DNA from: Takakia lepidozioides
Taxonomy: Eukaryota; Plantae; Bryophyta
Reading direction: 5' to 3'
Assembly (NCBI GenBank): GCA_030704615.1
Contig: CM060733.1
Coordinates: 17,422,001-17,486,000 of the forward strand
Length of the DNA: 64,000 bases
The notes under the pieces are model-generated. The model saw only the letters and a list, made by a program, of their open reading frames with translations. It had not been told where the DNA came from and did no database searches. Position 1 is the first letter of the stretch. Each line of letters opens with the position of its first letter. Below are positions 27,501-39,890 of this stretch, piece by piece. A program made the translations under genes and the position numbers.

Positions 27501-28884
27501 TTTTGATGAATATCTCTGTCGTCTAGCTTCTCTTTCATCACTCATGTCCCATGTCTTTCATTTCTTTAATGTGGCAATAACCAAAACTCTCTTCTGTAAT
27601 ATCTCTCGTATATGCCTGGGTTTCTTTCAAGCTTCAATGCACCCTTGGCTATACTTGAAGTCTCCGTTACCATATAACCATATGGCAAACAAGTCTAAAA
27701 AGCTGTTCTTGGTGTGAGTTTGATCCACAAATATCCTTTGGAATCCAATTCTTTACCAGTACAAGCTCTTCATGCATATGAGTATAAACATTCACCTTTC
27801 TTTCTTCCCAGCCTTCAAACTCTACTCGTTTAATGGATAGCAATGCTATCACATAAACCAATGTTGGTAACCAACGTGCTCTTCCTCTACAGGCTACCTG
27901 ATAAATCTTTATCACTCCTTTCTCCAGACCCTATTCTGGATCAGCATCATGCACTCGTTTAAGAATATTTTCTTTACAACCGTCTGGCAATTCCAAGAAC
28001 CTTTGAAAGAATCGTTTGGACAATCTTTCTTCCTTCGTTCCACAGGGAATTTGATTCACTTCAAATTCTTTAATGGTCCAACCACCATGATCCCACCAGA
28101 TGCCTGTCACATCTGGTTGTTCATGTCCCAGGTCCCCAGTATGGTCGCCAAATGTCGCGCGGCTTTTACTCACCCATCCCTTCGCTCTCAGATCTCTCTA
28201 CACAGTGTGATTGTATCTTATAAGTATCAGATTATGATTTATCAGGTATCAGGCCGAAGCCATTATGTCTCTAATCTGCTCTCCAATATCACTACAGCTT
28301 TGCATATAACAAGCATCTACTAATCCTCTTTTCTCCTTCACCGTGCTCTCCATCTCTTGCCTCCGATCTCCGCTCCAGCCTGACTCAGAAGTCCTCCCCG
28401 AATAATGATCATCCTCCTTCATTCCCCCTTTCTCCCTTTATCCTCCTATCCGCTGTTCTAAACCGTTTCCCTCTCTAACCGTCGTCTGTGAACTAACATG
28501 TTCCCTTCACAGGTGTTGTTCCCCACAGTCGTTCCCTACTATCGTGACAGCTGTGTCAAGCGGTGACTGGCTGTGTTTGGCTGTGTCGGGCTGTGACTGG
28601 CTGTGTGGCTGTGCCGGGCTGTGACTGGCTGTGTGGGCTGTGTCTGCTGTGACGACTGTGACGGGCTGTGTGGGCTGTGTCTGCTGTGACGACTGTGTGG
28701 GCTGTGTGGGCTGTGTGGGCTGTGACGACTGTGACGGGCTGTGTCGGCTGTGACAACTGTGTAACCCCCCTCTACAGTGCGCTGCTGTCACCCCTAAGGC
28801 TCCTGTTGGTCTCAGTCTGTGCAAAAATTAAGGGTACCCTACAGATCCCGTATAAGTGTCTAAGTCCCCTACAGTCCTCTAACA
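24528..28884 (-). mobile_element. Gypsy G3 (Tat/Ogre-like), duplicate of 5887-10237
   Basis: LTR 28884-28153 (TG...CA), PBS 28150-28132, gag knuckles (WCAKCQNEGHTTTEC, CTICKMDNHSTENC), protease VLIDGGSGVNIM...LLGRPWL. Confidence 0.85.
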
Positions 28885-29577
28885 GGGACACATGAGGGGC
28901 TGCCCCTGTAGTGGGGGCATCGGCAGCGATAGGTATGGGGGGCTGAAGCACCCTTGAGTGCCCAAGGCACTCAAGGAGGCGGAGGCGCTCACTAGGTGGA
29001 GCCCCGCACACCGGGTTGCGGTGGGGGTAGCTCCACAAGGGGTGGTGGTAGCTTAGCGGGACTTAGTGGGGGTGGCATAGGACTCACCATGGGGGTGGAG
29101 ACCTCGTGGTGGGAGTCGTGGGGAGTCTTGGGACTCATCACGGTCCATAGGGGCCGTGATGAGTGGGCCAAGACTCACCGCGACTCATCACCGGGAGTCG
29201 AGGGTTTTCGTGGTGGTTCGCCATAAAATGGCATGGCTGGTTATGAAACCCCCGCGGACAGCTACAGAAGTATATATAGGGAGTAGTAACCCCGAGAACG
29301 GTGCAAGCCCGTTGGTGACCAAAAACTAGTGAGTAAGCGAACGAGCCGGAAAGCGACCAAAGAGAGGGGAGCTGTTCCGGACAGCCATCTACCAAAGGGA
29401 ATTCTCCTAGTCCCAAATAGGTGGAGGGTTTAGAGGGAAGCGAAGGGGGACCGTTATGTCCTGGTGAGCAGCCGAAGCTCCAAGTTAGCCCGGGCGGCCA
29501 GGTTGGGAGTCAGGCGCGCGCATCAAAGCGAGTAACTATGACTTGAAGGGGAGCTTACCGAAGTGAGGTGCGCGACA
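28885..29577 (+). repeat. 3' LTR of gypsy G2 (truncated by G3)
   Basis: Ends GCGCGACA, followed by TSD TACCG (29578-29582). Confidence 0.9.
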
Positions 29578-29587
29578 TACCGTAGCT

Positions 29588-31645
29588 ATGACGTCCACCC
29601 AAGCCACTACCGCACCAGCACCAGTACCCGTGCCTGCCTTCAACCCTGTTGTGGAGTTCGTCGAAGAGTTGAGAGGGAACTACCAAGGGGTGAGGACAGA
29701 GAAGTTGCGGAGCTTGCAAGAATTCCAACGGAAGCTGACCGAGAGCTTGAAGGAGGCTTTACTCGCATGAGGCGCTTGATAAATGTAACCCAAGGGGTTA
29801 CGAAAGCTCAGGCAGTCCAATTCTGGTATGGGATATTGGACAAGGAGCTGAGGAGAAGGGTGCGGGATGCAACTCTCCTACAAGCGGCCCAACCCACCTT
29901 AGCAAATGTGTTTTTGCTGGCAGAGCGGATAGAGCTCAACATGGTGGAGGAATGAGTGGTCATGGTGGGAGTTGCTAAGGGAGACACCATGGGGTAGTGG
30001 TGCTGCTAGCCAACCACTACCTCAACGTGCTCAAGGCAATAAGGGGGCTCAGGTGAAGCTCAGGGAAGGGTAGAGAGGACCTTAGATGCAGGGGTCTCGC
30101 CCTTCATTTGCAGGCCAACAACGGGCGGATGTGGTGTGTTGGACATGTGGAGGACCCCACGTCACGAAGGATTGTCCAGAGGGAGGCAAAGGGCCGACAC
30201 ATGCACAGCCTGCACAGTTGCAGTGTGGGCATTGTGGCAAGCACGGGCATGGAGAGGCCCAGTGTTATGGTTTGTATCCCGAGTTGCCAGTTCCAAGGGA
30301 ACAATGGTGGCTGGGGGCGAGGGGGAGCAGCCCAAAGAGGACGAGGTGGCCAGGCACGGGGTGTAGGCCAAGGGCAAGCTCAACATGGCCAAGGACGCGG
30401 AGGTCAGGGTGTTGACCAAGGCATGGCCAACCGGCTTCAGCAGCTAGAGCAGAGGCTCGCTGCCATGGCTACAGCTCAGGTGGTACCGGCTCCAAGGCCG
30501 GATGGTCCACCTCCTGCTCCTGAGGGAGGAGATATGGGAGGCATGGGATTCATGTGCGGATCAACACTACCACTAGTGCACGTGGAGTCTGCTGCAGCCG
30601 TGACTTGAGGAGCAACACGAGTTCCTGAGCCACGAGGTGCAGAGGTGGAGTTGGATCCACAGCGTGGGGAGGCAAGCTGTCAGGTTAGGCTCCCTCAGTC
30701 ATTCACATTGGTAGAGACAGTGTCGACGCCATCCATGGCACCTAGTTCTCGCCCGACTGTTACCGAGGTCACTACGCCATTGGGGAGAGCTACACGGGTA
30801 GCACCACTACCTAGTGTTGCCAAGGCTACGGCAGCTAGTGTACTGCTGGGAGCGGCCACATTTGTGTGTCAGGCTCCATTGTTCTCGGCTACCATGATTG
30901 CGACGCCGGGAGTAAGACCAGCTGAGGTGTTCAGGCTGGCAGCTACACTCTGTGAGAGTGGGGAGGTTACTTCATCTTCTGTGGAGATAGTGGGAGGTGT
31001 AGTGCCGGAGGGATCCTCGGATTTGAGGGTCAAGACTGCCACGGCGGCGCCATGGCAAGCTGCAGCTGCCAGGTTAATGGAGCTGTCAGCTAGGCCAGCC
31101 ATTGAGCGCGCCATGGTGACACCTAGAGTTGTCATGTTAGAAACCAGGATGACATTTTCTGTTTGAGTGGACTGGCAGGCAAGAGGTACCGGCCACTGTG
31201 GGTCTTGTTGGACTCAGGAGCTCAGCCATTGATGCTGGGCAGAGCTACTATTGAAGGCTTGGACCTCACGGAGGCGGATATGGAGCCTTGTTCTTTCCAG
31301 ATACAGACGTCTCTGGGAGGATCGGAGCAGGCTCGGGGCATGACACGACGTGAGTTGGCTATCAGACTACGGCCGGATCACCCTACATATGGCTCAGTGA
31401 TGCAAGCCAAGGCCATTGTGACAGACGCGGTCTCGTACGATGTCCTGGTTGGTGGGGCAATGTTGTACCCCATGGGCTTCACCCTGGATTTTTGGGAGGA
31501 GTCAGCTTCCTATAGGCCTGGATGGCAGTCAGGGGAGGGCCGGCATGTGCAGCTCCCTGTGACGTTTATAGGAGGAGTTGCGGTTGCCCAGCGGGGCAAG
31601 GTGCCAATACTAGCAGCATTTACAGCTGCAGTGAGTTGGCCTTGA
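29588..31645 (+). pseudogene. G1 gag (two CCHC knuckles) and aspartic protease
   Basis: CWTCGGPHVTKDC and CGHCGKHGHGEAQC; WVLLDSGAQP...YDVLVGG; frameshifts and stops. Confidence 0.85.
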
Positions 31646-31918
31646 GAGTTGCTTGAGGGCAACGCTCATTCAGAGGATGTGCCACCTCCGGGAGAGTAGG
31701 ATGACATGTATGGTATGGCGGAGTTGCCTACCATGGTTGCTCAAACTCCATTGTGGGGCATGAGCAAGGATTTGCAGCGGGATGCTGATCGACGGGTGCA
31801 ACAAGCCTGGGTGGAGACTTTTGTACCGTCAAGAGAGGAGGAGAGTGCGGGGATTGCACCCGGACCACCTCACTTGTCTCCATTGGACACCACACCTATT
31901 GTGTGGCAGTATCCGGAT

Positions 31919-32830
31919 GAAAACATTTGTCTTCTGGACTTGTTTGGCGGGATCACCACCGGATTGGCTGCTGTGTTACAGGCAAGTGCACGAGTTTGGC
32001 GTTACCTATATATGGAGAGGGATGAGACTATACGGCGTGTTTCACTTCGCCATGTTGCTCAGTTGGTGCAGCGGTACCCTGAGTTGTTGTCGGTGTCTGC
32101 AGTTCGTGGATATTAGCAGGCCTTGCCAGTAGACATTTCGTTGCTGGGGGCGCAGGATTTGGAGCGGGTTGGCCCTGCCAAGGGTATTCATCAGCCGGGC
32201 ATGGCAATGGATTGCGAAACTCAAGGTCGGGTCTGTTTTGGGAGATGGTGCGGGTTTTGCGCCACTTGCAGCTTCATCAAGCTGTATCTCCAACATACAT
32301 CTTGGAGAATGTGCCACTGATGGGCGATTCTCGGGCCAGGGTGATGGCCAGTGTGCATCAAGTCCGGTCGTGGCTTGGGTCAGCAGTGTTGCTGGATGTA
32401 GCTACAGTGGGGTTACGGGCTCATCGTCCACGGTTATGGTGGACTAACTTGATGCCACCCGCACTGCTTAAGCGTGCATTTGATGGGGTGCAGCGGCCAG
32501 CACACCTCACAGTGGATAGCATTTTGGACATAAGGAGGCAGTCTCAGCGTGTGAGACATGATGACCATTCGCCTTTGGCAGTGGTCAACAAGGTGGGTCA
32601 ACCACGAGCAGCACTACCTACACTGCTCAGCTTCCCAGGATCGCATGCTTTCCGAGATAATGGACCTGGATTCCTGTGGGATGCTCAGTTGCAGCAATTA
32701 GTGGAGCCTAATGCCGACGAGCGAGAGCGTGCTATGGGTTTTTCCACTGGGACCACGGCGGTGCCTTCTCTTTCTGAGGCATCACGTCGTCAGGTGTTGG
32801 GGCAAGCAATGGATCTAAATTGCTTGACTT
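31919..32830 (+). pseudogene. DNMT3-like C5 cytosine methyltransferase domain inside G1 pol
   Basis: Motif I LDLFGGI, motif II YMERD, motif IV AGWPCQG (PCQ at 32173-32181), LFWEMVRVL, motif VI ENV (32305-32313), motif VIII RAHRPRLWWTNL, motifs IX/X ERERAMGF...RRQVLGQAM; one stop and a small deletion before motif IV. Confidence 0.9.
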
Positions 32831-33718
32831 GGATTATCAGCTTAGCTATGGCTGAGCAACAAAGAGTGCGGAGTGCACTTCCCTTGACGGTCTCTCTGCC
32901 TACTGAGGTGGTACAGGCAGTGAGTGGGGGCGAGCCGGTGAGGACCACAGGGTGTAGACATCCATGGCACACGTCGGAGGTGCTCGAGGTTCAAAGGGAG
33001 TTGGCAGCCAAGGTGGATATGATGGATGAGGTTGAGGATTCTTCTCGGGTTGAGGAGGTCATCAAGGATGAGATGATGGGGCAGAATGAGGCCTTGTCAT
33101 TGACTGAGCAGGCATATAGTAGTGCTCAAGAGGTTGCGGCATAGCAACCACGAGACGCGTCATCTACCTCTAAGTCTGCTGGACTTAAGGTTGCAGTTAC
33201 GAAGGGCAATTGGGAGCCTGACATTGGACCTATTGTCACAAGAGGAGAGAGACGACGTATACGGTGGTTCCTGAGGCTTACAGGAATTGCTTTGCCTCTC
33301 GTGCTACGGTGGAGGAGCATAAGAGACATGTTCAGGTTGTGCATCGACCGGGTTTGGTCAATAGGGATGCGGATGGATTGAGTCGCAATCCATGCACGAG
33401 CTAGCAGGATGAAACTGGAGCTCGGTGGCATGGTGAGACGGACGAGAAGATGGTGCCGGGATGGCATGCATCTGCCTTTTTGTGTATCTTGGCATCGAGA
33501 GGTCAGGTTGGACCTACAACAGGGATGACTGTAGACGGAGTGTATGAGGACCCTGAGGCTAGTGATGAGCCAGGTGGTGCCAGAGATATACGTGAGGATT
33601 CGGTTGTGTTGGACTACCTCCGCACTGGAGACACGGCAGCTAGTGTGACTGCCAAGGAGAGGGATCGGATCCTACTAGAGCCAAGAGGTTCAAGTGGGAG
33701 GGGATACACCTGCTTCAA

Positions 33719-35023
33719 GTGTGGGAGGATGGTCGGGTGAGGATCGTGCCTCACCCAACACAGCGTGCACGGTTAGTGCGGCATGCCCATGAGGAGTTGG
33801 GGCATTTTGGAGTGCGACGCACTCATAGTTTACTGCAAGGGCAGTATTTGTGGCGTGGTATGCACATAGAGGTGCAACAGTTCGTGGCTAGTGCATGGTG
33901 TGTGATAGGGTGCGTGCTTCATTCAACGCCCATATACCATAGTTGCATCCTTTACCCATCATGGGATTGGGCTACAGGTGGAGTCTTGACTTCGCAAGGC
34001 CTTTGCCACTGACGATGCGTCACCATAGATATGTGTTGGTGATGGTGGAGCACTTCTCCAAGTGGATTGAGTTGGTTCCATTGCCTGACAAGGCTAGTGA
34101 GGGGGCTGCGTATGCATTCCTGGATCGTGTGCTTAGCCGATTCGGTGCTCCAGCTGATGTACTCACGGACCAAGGGAGAGAGTTCTTGGGGGAGTTTCAA
34201 GCTTTGTGTGATAAAGCCTTGATAGACCACCGTACCACTTCTCAGGATCATCCTGAGGCCGATGGCTTGGCAGAGAGAGTGGTGCAGACGGTGAAGAGGG
34301 GTTTGCGCAAGTATGGCTTGCAAAAAGGACACCTAGGAGATTGGGATCTTCAGGTACCTTGGTTAGCCATGGGCTACAAGCAAGCAAGCATCACTTGCCT
34401 CCTTCTCACCATATTTCTTTCTCTTTGGCCGAGAGCCAGATTTGCCTGCGTCTATTCGCAGGGAGGCTGCAGTAGTCATCAACCTTGATGATCCGGATGT
34501 GTGGACACAAGCATGTGCCCAACGGGCAGAGTTGTTCAAGAGAGTCATGCCTATGGCTTTTGAGAACCTTGCCATTGTAAAGCACTGTGATACGTTGAGG
34601 TATGCCACTATACGTGGTGGAGGATATCGTCCTGGGGTTCGGAGGTTTAGCCCTGGTGACTATGTTTATTTGCAACAGACTGCTCCTACGACTCTGGATG
34701 TTACTGCAGGGCGTGTTATTCTGAGGGTTCGAGAGGTGTTGACCTCAGGGGTCCTGATCTTGGAGGGTCGGGATGGCATGATTTGGAAGGACCATGTGCG
34801 TAATTGTGCGCCATGTCACCTTCCCAATGTCGATGGCAGAGTTGACCCAAACTTGGCAGTGGTACCTGCAGGTTTGAGGTGCATGCTCTGTGGGTCTGCC
34901 AAAGGAATAGCCACCATGCTGGTGTATGATCGATGCTCAAGGGGTTGGCATATGGGATGCTTGACACCACCTCTTAAGAAGGTTCCTGACGGAGATTGGT
35001 TGTGTCCACACTGCTTGGGATAG
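33719..35023 (+). pseudogene. G1 integrase (HHCC, DDE core) with C-terminal PHD finger
   Basis: HAHEELGHFG..CMVC; WSLDFA, VLTDQGREF, GLAERVVQTVK; CMLCG...DRCSRGWHMGCLTPPLKKVPDGDWLCPHC. Confidence 0.9.
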
Positions 35024-35282
35024 TGGCAGTGGACATGACTGGAGGCAGCTAACAAGACATGGGAGGCCAAGCTCATAGGAGTCAATACATGAGATCCCAA
35101 GCTCAAGTTCACAAGTTGTAAGACGGCGACTAACGATGGGGCAACACTTGCACCTGGCCTCTTAATCTATCGAGTTTGAGTGTAGTATGGATAGTGGTGG
35201 AAGACTTAGTGAGGCTATGGTCACTATCACATCTTGTGGCTACCTGGACTTAGAGGGACCTAAGCACCAGCTAGGGGGGCGA

Positions 35283-35979
35283 TTGTGTGGACTAGTGACT
35301 GCCATAGTGGGCAGCATAGTGACAGCTTAGTGACTGACTAGTTGTAGCTTAGTGGTTGAACTAATGGCCGGACTAGTGGTGGACTAGTGATATACTAGTG
35401 TGTGGCGTGCACATGTGTTGTGTGATTTTGGACAGCGATGTAGTTGTATAGCGATATGTATGCGCACGACAGCTATCAAGTTATTTTACCACTAGTGTGA
35501 AACTAGCTAGGAAATAGCTAGCTTTTACATATGAACATTTGGGATTGGCCCAAGTGTCAATCCAGGGGTCAAGGCAGATTTAGGCCTTGGAGTGGTTATC
35601 TTCATGGCAAGCGCGGGAGGCTCATCTTTCTCGAGTTGAGCTTCACCGCGCCTAGCTATGGCGCCGTAGTGTGGATTCCCCATGGCGTGGGGTGCACTTG
35701 GCTTGACTTGTATTTGAGTGATGAGGTTATATATGCATGAGTTTATGCTTCAGATTTGTGAGCTCGTGCTTGTATTCTTCTTCTTTATCATTGTGTGGAC
35801 TAGTGACTGCCATAGTGGGCAGCATAGTGGCAGCCTAGTGACTGACTAGTTGTAGCCTAGTGGTTGGACTAGTGGCCGGACTAGTGGTGGACTAGTGATA
35901 TACTAGTGTGTGGCGTGCACATGTGTTGTGTGGTTTTGGACAGCGATGTAGTTGTGTAGCGATATGTATGCGCACGACA
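35283..35979 (+). repeat. G1 3' split repeats A(35283-35471)-GC-B(35474-35790)-A(35791-35979)
   Basis: Two near-identical 189-bp A copies flank a 317-bp B; B recurs inverted at 40607-40923. Confidence 0.9.
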
Positions 35980-36171
35980 TCTTATTTAGATCCTGCGTTG
36001 ATTGCATTGCGCTTGGATTTTAAATCCACACCAATCCTTTTCCCCGACTAAATGGTGTGCGAAATGGACATTCATCGTTATTCAACACAATGATTGGACC
36101 TCTATCTGGAACGACATATGGAGAAAGGACTACAATAGCACCTATCGAGCACTCTAGAAATAACCAAACAA

Positions 36172-37363
36172 TGCAACTTGGCCGCCCGGAAGTACTGCTC
36201 TAGCTCCAAGAGCCAAGTGTTGAGTGCCTTCCGATTTCGAACGCCCTCAAAGGTGCCGGGTTCCTTAGGCTTCACCTTAAACTTTGCCTTAGTGGAAGTG
36301 GCATTAGCCGCCTTCAACACGTCTTTCAACGTCCCGCCAAACTGCGCCAACAACCCTTCCCAAAAGGCTGCCGGCATGGGAGGCATCTCTTGGTTTGTCG
36401 GAGCTCTCAAGGATTCCTCGGGCTCTGACTCCTCGGATTCCTCCCGCTCTTGAGCGGCCTCGTTTTCGGAAACATTCATCGCTTCCTCAAACGGCCGCCT
36501 CGGTGACACGTCGCCCCCATCGGGCTCACCAGGATCATCATCTTTTGGGCCGTTCCGCTTTCGCTTTGGCTTGCCCGACCCCATGATGAGGCCAATCCCA
36601 AGGACGATCGCGTACTGAACTCTAAGCTCTGATACCAAGTGTCGCGCACCTCACTTCGGTAAGCTCCCCTTCAAGTCATAGTTACTCGCTTTGATGCGCG
36701 CGCCTGACTCCCAACCTGGCCGCCCGGGCCAACTTGGAGCTTCGGCTGCTCACCGGGACATAACGGTCCCCCTTCGCTTCCCTCTAAACCCTCCACCTAT
36801 TTGGGACTAGGAGAATTCCCTTTGGTAGATGGCAGTCCGGAACAGCTCCCCTCTCTTTGGTCGCTTTCCGGCTCGTTCGCATTACTCACTAGTTTTGGTC
36901 ACCAACGGGCTTGCACCGTTCTCGGGGTTACTACTCCCTATATATACTTTTGTAGCTGTCCGCGGGGGTTTCATAACCAGCCATGCCATTTTATGGCGAA
37001 CCACCACGAAAACCCTCGAAACCGGTGATGAGTCGCGGTGAGTCTTGGCCCACTCATCACGGCCCCTATGGACCGTGATGAGTCCCAAGCTCCCCACGAC
37101 TCCCACCACGAGGTCTCCGCCCCCATGGTGAGTCCTATGCCACCCCCACTAAGTCCCGCTAAGCTACCACCACCCCTTGTGGAGCTACCCCCACCGCAAC
37201 CCGGTGTGCGGGGCTCCACCTAGTGAGCGCCTCCGCCTCCTTGAGTGCCTTGGGCACTCAAGGGTGCTTCAGCCCCCCATACCTATCGCTGCCGATGCCC
37301 CCACTATAGGGGCAGCCCCTCATGTGTCCCGACCCCCTGCCCTCAAGGCAAAGGGTCGCAACA
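36172..37363 (-). mobile_element. Gypsy G2 5' end: LTR (37363-36640), tRNA-iMet PBS, truncated gag
   Basis: TGTTGCG...CGCGACA 724-bp LTR; TGGTATCAGAGC at 36637-36626; gag motif KPKEPGTFEGVRNRKALNTWLLELEQYF. Confidence 0.9.
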
Positions 37364-37368
37364 CGGTA

Positions 37369-37940
37369 CCACTAGTCCTACTAGTCCCACTGCTGCTTGC
37401 TGAAGCTGCCATTGCAGCGGCAGGTGTAGCCACTGCCCTCGGGACTCTAGTGCCCCTAGTGATGGAGACATAGTCAGGTGACCAGTACATCCTCCACTCC
37501 TCGATCTCAACCTCATGCCCCCGCCTGAATTCATGGTAATCATCCATAGGTGGCCCCTCAAGGTGCTGAAACAGCCCCTTCCATGCCATGAAAGGCGTAA
37601 ATAGTTGTGGATTGCGCATTTGCTGCAAATCACACCAACTATCAAACTCTTGGATAAAATCATCCAACTGGATGGTGCCCACCGCCCCAGAGTACCTTCG
37701 TGGCCCTTTGGTAGCTCCATACATCTTCTCCATTGTGTCCCACAACAATGGCAAGGAAACAACTTGCACCGCCGGTATGAGTCCTCTTGATTCACAATCC
37801 GAATCAGAACCTTCCGTAGAAGACACAGGAGGTGAAGGTGGCCTAAACTGCACACCTCGTCTCGTGTACCCACTAGTATCGCTAGTGCTCGAACCGGCAC
37901 TGTCCCCAGCAATTAGTGGCACCTCCGTGTTGACACTCAA
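37369..37940 (-). pseudogene. G1 gag N-terminal part
   Basis: RRYSGAVGTIQLDDFIQEFDSWC capsid-like motif; interrupted by G2. Confidence 0.75.
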
Positions 37941-38679
37941 CCGGTCAGGAACATGTCCCTAACCCCCTCTCCACAAGGTAACCGGGTAGAGAACCTGTTG
38001 CGGTTTATGGTTTGCAATATTAAGTTCCTAACATAGCCTACACCTGTACCTGCATCCACCGCAAGCACTCCTATGGTTGGCTGGTCATCACCTCCAACCT
38101 CGCCACAGGAGCAACAATGATGGTCTGGCTGGTCATCACCCCAGCCTCACCATCGACAGCATGCTCTAGGACTGGCCGGTGATCAAATCCGGACCAATCA
38201 CCTATAAAAACAAGCGCCCACACAAAACTAGCATGGCGCACAGTCAAGCATGCAGGTATGGAGGGGATCCAAACACAAGAAATCAGAACGACAACTCCCC
38301 CACACCAAAAACAACTCCACGGTGTTGCTCCTGCAATGACACCCCAGCCCAAACCTGGACTGACTCTTGCCTCCACCTACGGAAAGGTCTTGGCCTAATG
38401 AGAGGGTGGAAACTATGAGGAAGAGAAGCTAAAGCAATGCCTAACCCCAGCATGCCCTCATCCCAACACTCTTCCTCTCCTCTCTTCCCTCACTTGCATG
38501 ACCATGGGAATATCATGAAGATACTCCTCAAAACCGCCCTCCACGAGCTTCAAAATTCGGCCTTCAAGACCACATGCCAGTCCTTAGGCAGTCCACCAGT
38601 GCCTCCACGAGTCAGCACAGGCCGTCCACAGGTCAACACGGGCCACCACAGACTAGCACAGGCCCACACAGCTCATTGG

Positions 38680-39095
38680 TCACAGCCGTCACAGCCCCAC
38701 ACAGGCCACAGCCTGTCACAGCCCCTCACAACCCGTCACAGCCCCACAGGCCACTGGGCACAGCCTGTCACAGCCCGCCACAGCCCCTCACAGCCCCACA
38801 GGCCATAGGGCACAGCCCACCACAGCCTGTCACAGCCCGTCACAGCCCCACAAGGCACAGGGCACAGCCTGTCACAGCCCCTCACACAGCCCGTCACAGC
38901 CCCACAGGCCACTGGGCACAGCCTGTCACCCCCCTCACACCCCTCACAACTCGCCACAGCTCGCCACAGCCTGCCACAGCCCCTCATAGCCCGTCACAGC
39001 CCCACATGCCACAGGGCACAGCCTATCACAGCCCCTCACAGCCCATCACAGCGTGTCACAGCCCGTCACAGCCCCACAGGCCACTCATGACAGTT
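38680..39095. repeat. CACAGCCC/GTCACAGCC minisatellite in the G1 leader
   Basis: Dozens of degenerate CACAGCC units. Confidence 0.9.
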
Positions 39096-39544
39096 TAGCC
39101 ATTTCTCCAAGGGGTTTAGCCACGCCAAGCTAGGGTTTGTGTCTCTTGGACTCTAGGCTTCTTTGCACCGAGCTATGGCGGCTGTGAAAAATCAGCAAGG
39201 TATTCTTGCTCTTTCGGCTCCCACACACCATCAATAGTAGCCCTAAGCCATGAGGAAGATGGTTGCCACAAACCAAGCCTTCTTTCTCACTTAGACTCCC
39301 CAAACACGCCACTAAACTCAATGGCAAACAACCAAGCCTTGCTGGTTTCCAGCCCTTGTGAGCACACATTCAAGCGTTTCCCTTAGTCATAGCATCTGTC
39401 TTAGAGCCTATTCCAGCCCCCTACACCTGCCACTTCAAGAGCCATGCTCTATCTAGGCTTGAGGTTGAAACCCCAACTCAGAACACGCTGTCGGACTGTC
39501 ACATAAGAGCAGATCAGCTCCTTACCTTCTCTTCTAGTTCTCTA

Positions 39545-39890
39545 AAGCTTGAAAACAAAAGCCCAATGGACTGAAGGCATGCTCCACACATGCCCCACTC
39601 TCACCACCAGAGAATCAGCCACTTTGCTTTCTTTCTTGCACCCACCAACCTGAAAATACACGCTTCAGCGGGCTGGAAGCATGTTCCACACATGCCCTAC
39701 AGGGAAACCAGCCCCTTCCTTCCTTTCTTGCACTCCCAAACCTGAAAGTACAAGCCTTCATCAGGCTGAAAGCATGCTCCACACATGCATTGCTTTCACA
39801 TAAGGGAAGTCAGTCCTTCCCTCTTCCTTGCTTGCCCTCCAAGCTTGAAGATGGAAGCTTCAATGAGCTGAATACATGCTCCACACATGC
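39545..39890. repeat. Four degenerate ~97-bp tandem units in the G1 leader
   Basis: Recurring CTGAA.GCATGCTCCACACATGC core near 39571, 39673, 39766 and 39868. Confidence 0.75.

Larger units (their letters stand above)
29578..35979 (+). mobile_element. Ty3/gypsy retrotransposon G1, 3' half: gag C-terminus, protease, C5-DNA methyltransferase, RT/RNase H mostly deleted, integrase-PHD, PPT, split terminal repeats
   Basis: Domain motifs are in the sub-features; purine tract AGGGGGGCGA at 35273-35282; ends CACGACA at 35979. Confidence 0.9.

Noticed and set aside
35283-35979. DIRS/Ngaro tyrosine-recombinase element, suggested by the split repeats
   Set aside because: No tyrosine recombinase motifs; the element has an aspartic protease, a DDE integrase, TG...CA ends and an apparent TSD.
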